DNA of 64,000 nt from assembly GCA_013265495.1 (NCBI GenBank), contig MU058463.1, forward strand, positions 2,317,523 through 2,381,522. Direction: 5' to 3'. Numbering within the stretch: the stretch's first letter is position 1; each line of letters starts with the position of its first letter. Positions 37,219 through 50,113 of this stretch are shown one piece after another. The position numbers and the translations under genes are program-made. This DNA is from Vicugna vicugna. Taxonomy: Eukaryota. The notes under the pieces were generated by a model. The model worked only from the letters and a program-made list of their open reading frames with translations, ran no database searches and had not been told where the DNA came from.

Positions 37219-39569
37219 GTAAGAGCTATGAAGTGGTTTCTATTGTCTTTGCTTAATTATTTAGGGAGGGAACCTTAAACTGGTAAGAAAAATACTTTAA
37301 AAAGAAATATTATGAAAAATTTGGTAATACTCTAAATCTGGAAAATTGGATATGAAATGGAACTTTATATTTTAGAAAAATGTGTGATTTTTGAATAACA
37401 TTTTACTTTCAGAAGGCAATTTTGATTGGTCATATTATTATATGCTTTTTACCTAATAGAGGTTATCATAAAATTACAGCAAAGTTAAATAACCACACTG
37501 GTAAAATCTAATCTTACAGTAGTTTTCATTTCCTCAATTTCTTAAAAGCACTTTTGCAGAATGTTTCAGGCAGGTTTATTTTTGCCACCTTTATGATGGG
37601 ACACATTTAACAGATACTTTCGGGGCCTGAATAACCATGTAATCCATAGTTTAAACATTTACATTTTCCTCTGCCACTTTTGAACTTCTTTCAAGGTAAA
37701 TATCAGTGTAATTTGTATTTGATTTCACCTAAAATTAGACCTTGGCTTAAGAGTATGTTACTTGTGACATTATTTACTATTGAGTTTACGTTATGTGATT
37801 TGTTGAAAGTGTCAAAATAATGTTAAGCTTCTTTTCCAGTTTGTATGACATTCTTTTCAGTTGAAATAATTATTTCCCATAATCTGATAAAAACAAGAGT
37901 AAATGTTAGAGAGTACAGCTTAAGTTGATAGTTTGGAAAATTTTGTTCTTGCCATTTAAAAAATAATATTTTTAAAGTAATAGATGAAAAAATACATGCT
38001 TACTTGGGATGGAGTAAGAGATTTATATAGAATTTAAAGGAAATGTTTTCAGCTTTATACCCCTCCCATTCTTCTCCCCATTTGTCCCCATGATATTATT
38101 ACATTATTGTTAACAGTTTACCATGTGTTACTTTGGATTTTTTGTTTTTTATTTCTGTGAGTATGTATCTACCTATAAATCAGTATGCAGACATAAAAAT
38201 TTATATGTATTTAAAATTATATGGACCCCTAGTATTCATAGTAGTTTACTTTATCTTGAATATCTCTAAATATCCTTTTATGGCAGTTCAGTTTGATCTA
38301 CCACATTTAGACCTAAACATTAAAAAATTCTCAGAATTTTCTTTTCCTTTCACAATTAACTACACTGGTAATATTAATTTTTAAAAAAAATGTAAAGCTG
38401 AGAGTCAAAACATGTTATCTCACTATTGTTTCAGTTTGCATTTCCTCAGTTACTAGTGAGGTTGGTATCTTACCTGTTGTTCCTTTTTCATATCTGTATA
38501 CTACCTGCATTATTATTTATAAAACACATGTTTTAAAAAATTAGTTTAGAAAACCCTTTAGCTTTATTCTAATTAACCATATTGGTGAAATTGATGTTTT
38601 AATTTCCAATAAATGGATAATTATTAAAATGCTACCTAATATATAGTTATATCCTTATAGTTAATATTTATTAAGTACTTACTATAAATATACATAAACA
38701 CACATACGCTCCATTTTCCCTGAATTTAATTCTTAACACGTACGGAATGGGTGTTGTTATCCCATTTATGGAAGAAGAAGTGTAGACTTAGAAAGATTAA
38801 GTAATTTGCTCATGCTCCTGTGAGAGTAGCAGTCAGGGTTGGAGCCAGGTAGTTTGATTAGTGCCTATGTACTTAACCTCTGTTTTGCATTGCTTCACAC
38901 CACTAGAAGTTCAAATAATACACTTTGGAAAGTACTACTGTTATTGAAAGAACAGGAAATTAAACACTGAACAGGCTTGTATCCTACAACTTATTCATTG
39001 TATGGGTCTACAGAATCACATACTCTGAGTCTCAGAGTTTCCTTATGTGTAAAATGTGATTATTGCTGTTGTTATGTAGGTCTTTTTATCACCCCCTTTA
39101 AATTTTGTTGTACTCTTGGGAATATTTTTGTGAGAATTACCAATTTGGATAATTTTACAGGTGGATTTTTCTGTAATTTTTATTTAGAGATGACCCCCTT
39201 TCAAAGTAGTTTACTGCCCTCTCCTGAGCCTGGATGTTGGTCACATCACTCATTGACATAGGGATTATTTCTCATAGTATTAATATTGGGGGTAAAAAGT
39301 GCAATATTTTGAATGCTTATATAAAGCACTTGTGCAGTGAGCATTCTCTACTAAGTGTTGCATAGAGGAGGCTCCTTTTCCACTTTGAATAGTCCTCAGT
39401 TGCCATTTCTTCTAGAGTGAAAGTAGACTATGGTAATAATCTAGATATAAAGAAGTGTAAAGGTATAGTCTTACTTGGAAAGACCAGCATTTCATTTTGG
39501 GGGGAATTTTGCTGAGTGAATCAATAGATTTATTTACAAATTCACTATTCTTAATATTTAAAATTTTAG

Positions 39570-39734
39570 GTTGCCTATAATGGTGATCCTGAAGGTGCCC
39601 TTATCCAATTTGCAACATATGAAGAAGCAAAGAAAGCAATATCAAGTACAGAAGCAGTGCTAAACAATCGCTTTATTAAGGTTTATTGGCACAGAGAAGG
39701 AAGCACCCAGCAGTTACAAACTACTTCTCCAAAG
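39570..39734 (+). CDS. RBM26: RBM26 exon 12 (RRM1 remainder: VAYNGDPEGALIQFATYEEAKKAISSTEAVLNNRFIKVYWH...TSPK)
   Basis: attttag|GTT GCC TAT ... CCA AAG|gtaaga; 165 nt. Confidence 0.96.
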
Positions 39735-40418
39735 GTAAGAGAAATCTGTGTGAAATTAAATGCTTTTCTTAGAAAGCTCTTGGCATAGTGTTTCTTTTAA
39801 AAGCAGAGACACTGCAGTCAGGAAGACTTGAGTTCAGATTCTGGCTCCACACCATTAACTGTATATATTGAGGAAGTCACATAACTTCTCTAACCTGTTC
39901 TCTCATTTTGTTATGACAGAAATTCCTAGTTTAAGTTATTGTAGGATGATATGTGTAAAGCACATAGAACAGTCCCTGGTGGGTGGGAGATACTTCAGTA
40001 CATGGTAGCTCTGCATATTCCAGAAACTCAAGACTGTGGGTTCACTTTGGAAATCCTTCCCTCCCTCCCTCCTTCTCTCTTTCTTTTTCTTTCGATCAGT
40101 GAGTCAATCAGTATGTAAAGTTAGATTGACTGTGTGTAGAGGTGTATTATAGCAATTTGTTTCTCAATTTAACTTTCTCCTGTTAAGTAAAAAAGAGAGA
40201 GACAAAAGATAGTGAAGGGTAGATTCTACTGTTTCCTTTATCAGTGAGTATCTATATTTTATGTATCTATATATGCAAGTGAAGGAATTTGGAAGGCAAT
40301 TAGGTTTTGATAATAAGCTGTACTTTTGAAACTTCCTCTGCATGGGCAACTTAGTAACAAAATACTTTCCATGCTCAAGAACTAATCAGCTTGTTTAACA
40401 TATTTTTCTTGTTCTGAG

Positions 40419-40550
40419 GTAATGCAGCCTTTAGTCCAGCAGCCCATTTTGCCTGTAGTGAAGCAGTCAGTCAAAGAGCGGTTGGGTCCAGTACCTTCAA
40501 GTACTATTGAACCAGCAGAAGCCCAGAGTGCCAGTTCAGACCTTCCTCAG
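40419..40550 (+). CDS. RBM26: RBM26 exon 13 (VMQPLVQQPILPVVKQSVKERLGPVP...DLPQ); alternative acceptor at 40428
   Basis: gttctgag|GTA ATG CAG|CCT ... CCT CAG|gtgagt; 132 or 123 nt; ORF 40422..40607. Confidence 0.92.
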
Positions 40551-41736
40551 GTGAGTGAGAAAAAAGTCTCATTGTGCCTGGCACATAGTAGGTTCTCCAT
40601 AAATTAGTTTCCCTTGGTGATTTGAATTTCAGTTAATTGTGTGTGTGTGTATATATATATTTTTTTAATACAGGAATATGATGGTCTATATATATTTAAA
40701 CCCCACCTGTAAATTTTTTTTTTACCATCACCATAACGTTTTCACAATCTACTTTTCCTGTATTTGAATCTTAAGTTCTTTTCTCTAGTTGATACTTATT
40801 TATGAGATAAGAGTTTTCTTTCACTTTATAGAAGAGATATTTTCCAGCAAAACTGCCTGAAAAGTATAGTACATTGAATCTTGTTTTTCCCATCATCTTT
40901 TACTTAAACTAGAATTCTGTTCCAGAGATAATTATGCAATAGACTGGACTAAAAAGCTTTTGGGAAGGGAAGGCTTAAACCTTCAAGTTACTTATGCAGC
41001 TCTCTCAGAAGTTTGCATCACTTATTCCTGACTCTCAAATTCTCTTCTCTATATGTTATTCCCTTCCCACTCCCTTCCACACTTGAGTGGCAGTTTCTTG
41101 TTTCTACACCCTTAGTCTCTGAAACTTAGCTTTCCTTTGTCTACAGATGTTTCAATATTTGCTGTGTAAAATGTTTAGGATGTAGTATCCTACTTAGCTA
41201 ATGGATGCCACCTTATTCTTGAAGAGTAAGTTACTGAGATTTTATAAAAACCTGCAGAATGTAAATTGGTAAATGGTTAGGTATTAAAAAAAAATCTCCA
41301 ATCCTACTATCCCAAATCATAACCAAATTCAGTATATTTGCCTAAAATATAAACATTCTTTAGGAAGGAATGGCCTTTAAGCTCAAAAAGCTAGCACATA
41401 TTGTAACTACTCAAATCTAATATTTAGAATGTACAAATTTTCTGCTTGTCAAAATAGGATTCTAAGAATTTATGATTCTATATCAGTGGAGAGACTTAAG
41501 CAATCACCTGATTCAGACCTCTTATTTTACATCGTAATTTTTTGTGATTGAATAATGTTGCATACTGTTTGTTTTTCCAAGCACGTTTTCTTTCTGTCTC
41601 TGTCTTTGCAAAAGGCCTAAGTTGTGTTATTAACATCAGTATACTCATAGAGTCAGTAGAATCAGAATGTTCAAAATCCCTACAGACTTATATATGTTTG
41701 GGGAAACACTGAATATGTCCATTTTAATTTTTTTAG

Positions 41737-41808
41737 AATGTAACTAAGTTATCTGTGAAGGACAGGTTGGGTTTTGTATCAAAGCCATCTGTTTCAGCAA
41801 CTGAAAAG
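41737..41808 (+). CDS. RBM26: RBM26 exon 14, 72-nt symmetric exon, likely cassette (NVTKLSVKDRLGFVSKPSVSATEK)
   Basis: ttttttag|AAT GTA ACT ... GAA AAG|gtaaga; phase 0-0; matches the RBM26 long-isoform peptide as recalled. Confidence 0.92.
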
Positions 41809-44800
41809 GTAAGAAGAATAGCATGATGTGTGTGTCTTGGCTTCATAAATGTTTTCAGGTGGCATCTTAATTTTTTAATTTTTTTCATAGTTCCAAACTC
41901 TTGCTTCTTAATAGTATCTGTATTTTTTCCTACCTTTTTGCTCTCCATTTGCTGAAAAGAACAATATTTGCCTACTTCTTTTTACTTTTTGCATCAGCAT
42001 TTTAATACTTGCCGCTCACTGTATTTCCTTGTGCCTCCATTCTTCTTGTTTTTTCTTTTTATTTACTGTATTTTCTTTAGCAATATTGTACATTTTAACT
42101 TGAAAACTTTGACAGCCTAATAGTAAGGGCTATGATTAGGAATTTTGCCTGGGTTTGAGCTCTGGCTCTTCACTTACTAACCCGCATGACTTTGGGCAGT
42201 GCTCTTAACCTTTCTGAACCCTTTTCTCATCAATAAAATGGTGATGGTAATATTTGTCTTACTCATGGGGTTTTATAAAGATTAAATGAAATTATTTAAG
42301 AGTATTTTGTAAAGTGAAAAGAATGATGTACATAAGCTTTTTATTTATTACTAACAGCTATTGTGTATAGCCTGGTAATACAGTTAGTCATTTCTTTTTT
42401 TAAATGAAGGGAGCAAATTCTGATTAAATTAAGAACATTTATGGACTGATCTTATAGTTCTGTGTAAATGTGGTTTTTTTTTTTCTGTTTAAGTATGAGT
42501 GAATGCTCTGATCTTTAGTCTTATTTGAGGTATGTGGAATCACAGAATATTTGAACTAGATAATCTTTCTCATTTCTATGTTCTTACCTTAAAGGAAAGT
42601 AAGGTCCAAATAGTTTTATGGCTGACCTATACACTATGAGTTAGTGAGCTTGGATTTATAGTCCATGGCTCTTTCCATTATAAAGATTACATAGGAAACT
42701 GACATTGTAGATAAATAAAGCATCCCATGAAATACCTGACCTACTGTCTTCACTGTTTGTTCAAATATTATTTTCCTTCTTTACTGTGTTAGACTTGGGC
42801 AGTTCTGGAAATTTGAATATTAATCTCATTCTGTATATCAGATTTTCCTCTTGGGCACCCCAGCATTACTTCAGGCATAACATGCCTAAAATGATACATT
42901 ATTTCTCATGTAAATTAATTTATCTTCCTAGCCCCCGCCTCTGGAAGTATTGCCACCATTTTCCACATTGTGCAGTCTAGAAGCCTTAGAGTCATTTACT
43001 TGTGTTTGTAGTCCACTTCTCTTTTTCTACCGCCTTCAGTTCCTGGCCTCTGGGCTGGCATCCCCTTCCTCTAGTTTACACTGTCACCATACTACTGTCA
43101 GACTTATTTTAATATTAATTCTTTACAGAAACTTTTATTTCCTCAGCTAAATGGCTTTGCTTGATTCATAACTTACCATACCTCAGTTCTGGTTCTGTTA
43201 CCTCTACTTTAGTTCTTCCTTTCTACCCTAAGGAGCCCTTTTCTGCTCATTGTCTCTTGCTGTTTCTGCCTCTTTTTTCTTTTTGGGGTGGGAGTTTTCT
43301 TGAAGTGCATGTCCCTCTACCTAACGAGTTCTAGTCATTCTTTTAAAGATTGAAAATGTCTCTAACCTCTACCATGAAACCTCCAAATTTTTTCATATAT
43401 GCCCCCTCTTTCTCTGAATTTGTGTGGCTTAGTCGGTGCTACTAAATTTAACAGTACCTAAATATTTACTTTAATTAGATTTATTCTCCTTCATAATAAT
43501 AACTAAGGATTTAAAAAAAAAACAATATAAGGGCTGTTATACTTAGTGTAGTACTGAGCAATTCTGGAGAAGTCTAAAACCCTGATTATGTTTAGGATCT
43601 GTTTATGTCAAGATTTGGACTCTGAAATTGAATTATGCAAATTACAGCTTTTACAAAATTTTTCTAGTGTGTTTATTAGCTACTGGTTTCCTTATTTTTT
43701 TTTAAACATGTTTTATATAACTTTAGTTAAAAGGTATAAGAATTTGGAATTGACAGTATAAATTTGCTTACATAGTTACCACTAACTGAATTTGTGAAAA
43801 ACCACTAGTGTTAGTGGGCTATTTTTGAAAAACAAATTGCTTGGTAAATATTGTAGAGAATCTTTTAAGAAAAGTAATTATTTATAAGTATGAAACTTTG
43901 TCATTTTCTGTGAACCTGTTTACAGAATAACATTCTGTTTTTACTTATTCTTGGTTATTTGTGTTCCTCTAATTCATAAAGGTTTTTGCTGCATAATCCT
44001 TAGAGGTCAGTGATTCAGAGAAGTCTTATTAGAAAAATAGAAGAATGCTGCCCATCATTAAATTTTGTTTAAGTTGAAGTCAGGAAAAACTCATAACTAG
44101 TTTCAAAACAGTATCTTCTGTCATTGTTAAAGGAAATAAGAACACAAGTGTAAACTTTTATCCCCTTCCTCTAAACAACACCCAGTAAATCCTTTAGTGA
44201 TTCTTCTTTATTCTAAGATTGCATTTTGTGAGAGGGCTGAGAGAGAGGTAACTTGAAACCTATTTGATACTGCTAAAGATCAAGTTAATTAATAGCTATA
44301 AAATAGGTATTATTTGACTAGTGTGATCAGAGAAATAATGTTTGAGGGCCTCTGTTTACTATAGAGAGATTTATGAAGAATAAAAGTGGCATCTGCGTAT
44401 CCCATCCTGGTAAGAAAAGATTTAGACTGTCCAGATTATCTCCCTAAAGCCTTTCTAAATTCTAAGAAGGCAAACTGGTTAATCAGTTGAGTATTTGATG
44501 TGCTTATGTCATATCAGTTTTATATATGTCATACTAACAATATAAGATGTTATTGTTCCTTAGCGGTTTTTTTTTTTCTTTCTTTCTTTCTTTTTTGGCA
44601 ATCTAAAAATATGTCTTGTTCCCCTTGCATGGAACTTTTAAAAGGAAAATTGTGTGGCATAATTGAAGGAACATTGCATGTCATAGAGAATTCAGCTGTT
44701 GATATAGCAGCTGACATTTTGGATGATCTTGAACAGGTCTAACTCTCTTCTATTTCCTTAACTATAAAATGCAGTCATTTAAGTAATCCTTTGATTTTTA

Positions 44801-45769
44801 AATTTTGTATTTGTTGTATAATTTTACTTCTTTATTATAAAGATTAAGAAAATTTATGATAGTTTTTTTTTCCATCACTTATTGACTAATTTTTTTTTTA
44901 ATGGATTGCACTCTGTTAGGATTCTTCCATGAATGACTCAGGATTATTATCAGGATTATTTTTCTTACAGGGAAGTATGATTTATATAAAATTATTTTCT
45001 ATGCTGAATTTTCTGGGAAGCAACCTGTTGTAGCAGAAATTGATTACTGACTTAACACCATTTTTCCTTGATACTAAAATATTTCTCTGCAAGATTTTCA
45101 ATCCCTTTGTCTCTTTTAAGCTACTTGGTATTCTTGAAGGAAATCAAATTGTTAATCCCTGAAAATATTTTATAAGTTCAACTTTAAAGTAAACTCCTAT
45201 TACTAAAATTCCCAGCTCTGTTTTGCCATAGAAAACACATCTATGTGCAGCTTTAAGAGAATAGCATAACTGAACATTGAGATTTATTGAAAGGCTGATT
45301 ATTTACTTAATATAAAAATTGACCATATGGTAATTATATATTAATAAGCTTCTTATACATAATTCCTCAGATTCTGTCTTTTTATTACATTTGAAAGAAA
45401 GCATTTCTGCTTTATAAGTCTGTGAGGGTTAGCTTATGTAAGTGTGGCTGTGAAGAATCCTAACTATGTTTCTTTTGTATTTGATTTTAACTTGGGTACT
45501 GGTTATTGAAAAGTAATACTTGGGTGACTTAATTTGTAGTAACCTTTTATACTAAGTAATTTTTACAAAATACTTTCTTTCCTTCCATTCTTATCCATGA
45601 GAAAAATCTGTTTTTCTTTTTTTTTTTACAAGTACTAATAGTCATGGCAGGTAATATTTTATATAGGAAATAAGATAAGGAGGTATTAATGGATTATAAC
45701 CTCTGTTTTTTGAGGGTATTACTGGCTTTTACCTTGGGAAGTAAGAGTTATTAGTGATGTATATTTTAA

Positions 45770-46290
45770 CAACAAATCGTGATACTTTTTAACTCATCAT
45801 ATGAATTCAACAAAATCAGTTTAATTCACCATATTAACAAAATAAAGGGGGGGGTAGGTGTTGGAGAGAGGTGGGAGGACCCCATATGATTATTTTGAGT
45901 AGAAAAAAACATTATCAAATTCTTTAGTCACATTATACATTCTGCAAACTAGGAATAGAAAGATCATTCCTTAATTTTGACATGTATTAGCTGCAAAAAA
46001 CCCCCTACAGCCAGCATATTCAATGGTAGAATACTGAATAATTTCACCCTGAGATCAGGAAGAAGAAAGGATACCCACACGTGTCGTTTTTTTTCCAGTA
46101 GTGTAGGGTTTAATCATTACAATAAGGCAGTAAAATAAAATAACATTGAAAAGGGAGAAATAAAAATATACTTATTCACAGATGATAAGATTGTATATGT
46201 AGGGAAGTCCAAAAGAATTCATGAACAATTGGAATTAATAAGTGAATGGAGTAAGATCACTGGAAATTAGGTCAGTATGTGAAAACAGAG
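45770..46290 (+). mobile_element. Old L1 ORF2 (RT region) relic
   Basis: ccctgagatcaggaagaagaaaggataccca and ttattcacagatgataagattgtatat (LFTDDxIVY, RT catalytic motif remnant). Confidence 0.7.
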
Positions 46291-48920
46291 CACATGCAGA
46301 AACCCTTTTGGAAAATAGAGAAGGTGTGGTGGTTTAAAAAGGCCGTTTCCAATGTTTTGATTGTGTGCTTAGAATTGTAGCATCATGTTTTCTCTTTGGT
46401 TTGTTACTTCCCTCCACTGGTTTCATTTTTAACAGATTTTCTTCTCTGAACTACTGTATCCTTATCTTTTGAAAATACAGTTATTTCTTGCTATTCATGC
46501 TCTTACTGTCTAAACTATGGAACCAAGTAGTGGTGGTGAGCAGTATTTGTAATCATAGTTTACTGTTTCTATTTTCACATTTTTACACCTCTGAAATTGG
46601 TGTAGTTGTTGGTGTTTATGGTTATAATTAACAACCTTTTTCTTTAGTAGGGTTATATTAAATGATCTTTTCTCCTAGTCAGTGACATGTGTTAGATGAT
46701 GTTCTGTTTTTAGAGAAGGAAATTCCTGAGTAAAACAAGGAAGGTGACATGCTTCTAGGAATAAAGGATTCTTCTCATTGTTGTCAGATACTTCTGTTCA
46801 CCTTGAAACAGCACTCCTTAGTCTAATATTTGATGTAATAAACAGTACTTTGAAAGAGAGTGTTCCCTACTCATTGAAATTGGAGAAATGCTAAATTAAA
46901 TAAATTATATGGATGTCTTTATTTCTGACTTTCTCACAGCTCTTATAATTATATACATTTGTAAACTAGAAAATCAGGTTATAATATTGTTTCCAACTTT
47001 GAGTATAGAAGTTCTTTTGGTCACACCTTTTCAACTTGTTATGGAATCCTCATGACGAAAACAGTTATGAAGCACTCAAACTCTTCAGAATATCTTGTGT
47101 TTCTCTCTTTAATAAAGCTATGCTCTCATCCTTATATTATCATAGAGTTTGACATTGTGTGGTGTGATAAGGTAGCCACACGTGGAAGCACATATGAAAG
47201 AAATTTTTCTCTAGAATTACAGAGAATTGTGACAGGTTAGACTGTGAACTTAATCTGTGTCTGCTCTGTATTTTACTGAATGCAACCATTTCATATTAGT
47301 GATGGCTTGAGTATTTTCATTGTTGAGGAAAATTATCAAATTTTGATACACATCAACTGTTGTAAAGAATCTTTATTTTTAAACATCAATTGCACTGTAT
47401 GGAACTAGTAAAATTGCAGTATTCTAGATTTTTATTTCATTAGAGGCTAAGACATTCTTAAATACTTACAGTAGTGATGAGTTGCCTAAAGTTTTGTGAT
47501 GTTCCCTAGTCTAACTTCATGATAAAAGATTAAAAAATAATGTCCAGATTGCTACTTCTCTGTTATGTCCTATTGTTTACATTTAGTAGCTAGAAAGTAG
47601 GACTCTTTTTTTTTTTTTTCAGTGATACTCTTTTGCTTATGTAGTTCTTTTAAGCTCTTTTAGGTCATGAACTCCTTTAAGACTTTGGAAGCTATGTTTT
47701 TTCCTCTGGAAAGTTACACTGTTCAGACACATGGTTTCATGTTTAGATTTTAGAGCATTTATAGTTCTCCCTGAAGGGCCCTCTAGACTCCTTTTTAAGA
47801 ACCAGTAACCAACCACTCTGTAGAATCTACAACTTTTTTGCTTTTTGAGGATGAAAAAGGCAGCCAATACACTTATTTTCTCAAATTAACCTTTGTATAG
47901 AAAATGTTGTCCACTCTAATCTATCATCATTTCATTCTAATTTAGTACAAAGGTGTTTATTGAGTATTTACTATGGGCCCTGGCCCTGCTCTAGGCATTG
48001 AAGATACAGCAGTGAAACCAAGCAAAAAACCTACCCTCATGCAGTGAATTTTTGGGTTTGTATGGACATTAGACACCATCAAGTTGGACTTTTCTTATTG
48101 TATGAGCAAACTGAAGCCCCGAAAGCTGCCTGAACTTACCCAGGGCCTCATAATTAGTTGGTTGCAAGGTTTAGGTACTGGAAGAAGCAGAAAGAGGAAA
48201 AAGACATAGTTTTTTTTCAAGGCTCTTATGGTATAGACAGAAAGATAAAAATCAATTAATCATCATATCTGTTTTTACTAAGTATTTTAGTAGGAATAGA
48301 ATTTCATTGAAAGACCTAGGTAGAAGAAATAAATGATTAGGCCTTTGCAGATGTCTTGAATGGTTGTACTGAACCTGAACTGGGTTTAAGGGAATAAGGT
48401 CATTTAAAGTAGAAGGAACAGTGCTAGCGAAGGAGTGGAGAGAGAAAGCAAAAAGGTTAATTTGAGAACTGTAAATTGCTGATAATCATTTTAAATTGTT
48501 TGCAGGACAGTGTCTTATTTCCTCCTGTGCCATGTTCCTATGTTCAGTTTTTGCTTTAGTCACTAGGAATACTAGTAATGTATTCAGGAACTAGTATTTT
48601 CTCAGTGATATAGTAATGGCAGAGTTACTTTATTGATTTGAAGTTTTTGTATGTTTGTTTTTGCTTTTTTCTATAGGTATATGGTGTTAATTTTAAATTT
48701 TTAATTTAAAAGTATTTTTCATTTTATAATTTTTCCCTCATTCATATTCCTCCTTTCAAATCACTAAATGTGATTTAGTTATTTATAAATATATGATACT
48801 TTTAGTTCAGTGTGCTAAAATTTGACAGAAGTGCTTTAAAGTGTAGATTTGAAGATAACAGGACTTAGGAGATCATGAATGTTTGATACATTTTTTGAGA
48901 AATTGAATTTGTATTGGTAG

Positions 48921-49046
48921 GTGTTGTCTACATCTACTGGCCTAACAAAAACGGTGTATAATCCAGCTGCTTTGAAGGCTGCACAAAAAACCTTACTTGT
49001 TTCCACCTCTGCAGTTGATAATAATGAAGCACAGAAAAAAAAACAG
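48921..49046 (+). CDS. RBM26: RBM26 exon 15 (VLSTSTGLTKTVYNPAALKAAQKTLLVSTSAVDNNEAQKKKQ)
   Basis: attggtag|GTG TTG TCT ... AAA CAG|gtaagt; 126 nt. Confidence 0.95.
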
Positions 49047-49399
49047 GTAAGTACAGTGAGTAGTGTACAAAATTTGCATGTAGAAAAGCTTTTCTGCATG
49101 TATGTCTTTTCCAATGCTTATAAAATAGAACTAAAAGAAAGATATGTATTGGCTGCCACTAAACTTCCATTTTCCAAAGTATGTTAGTAAATATTAATTT
49201 TCTTCTTGGAATGAAAAGTTCTCCTGATTGATCTTTGATTTGCATACATATTTAAGTTTTACATAGGGAAGCTTTGCATTTAATTTTTATTGCCAGGCTT
49301 CTTCTGTTTTAATTATAATTATTTCTGTCTTCTTGAATAATTCTGTTTATCAGAAAAGTAGATCGTAAATATTCTGATATTTTTGTTCCCTTTCTCTAG

Positions 49400-49474
49400 G
49401 AGGCACTGAAACTTCAACAGGATGTAAGAAAAAGGAAACAAGAAATTTTAGAAAAGCACATTGAAACACAGAAG
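49400..49474 (+). CDS. RBM26: RBM26 exon 16 (EALKLQQDVRKRKQEILEKHIETQK; coiled coil)
   Basis: tttctctag|GAG GCA CTG ... CAG AAG|gtaaaa; 75 nt. Confidence 0.95.
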
Positions 49475-49814
49475 GTAAAATATTAAAGTTAGATTTCGCA
49501 AGATATATTTATGTGTCATAATTTTTAGTGAATTTAATCTTACACTATATGGATAGTCCTGAGAAACAAATTTAGTATCACTGATAATGGTACACCCGAA
49601 ATATTTATGAATAATGTATTTATTTATTGATAATATATTGAGGATGAAGTGGACTGGGAATTAGATTAGTTTAAATGGAGCTATGGTTATTAACTTGAAA
49701 TGAAAATATTTATCCAGATATGTTGCCGCACAGTAGTTTGTTCAGTAGATAGCGAAATGAAACCTTTTTTTTCAGTGTTGAGATATGTACCTTTCTTTAA
49801 CTGGCGTGGGATTC

Positions 49815-50113
49815 CCTAGTCCTTTATTATCCAGTACAGTAGCTAAGAGCCACATCTGACTATCGAGTACGTGAAATGTGTCCAGTCCAAATTGAGATGT
49901 GCTGTAAGTATAAAACACACACCAGATTTTGAACACATAAAGAAAAAAGATAAAGCATTGCAATAATTTTTATTGAAATGTTACATTTGAAAAATTTCAT
50001 CAAATAGAATATATTTAGTTAATTTTAATATATCATCTTTTTAAGGTGACTGCTAGAAAATTAAAAAAATTTCTTTTGTTGCTTACAGTATATCTTGTAT
50101 ACAGTGTTGCTCT
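49815..50113. mobile_element. MER33/MER3-like (hAT-Charlie) relic
   Basis: tccagtacagtagctaagagccacat...gaaatgtgtccagtccaaattgagatgtgctgtaagtataaaacacacaccagatttt. Confidence 0.65.

Noticed and set aside
44500..44742. Protein-like ORF (...GKLCGIIEGTLHVIENSAVDIAADILDDLEQ) as a new coding exon
   Set aside because: That frame needs a phase-1 acceptor while the flanking RBM26 exons are phase 0; retained only as a possible poison exon.
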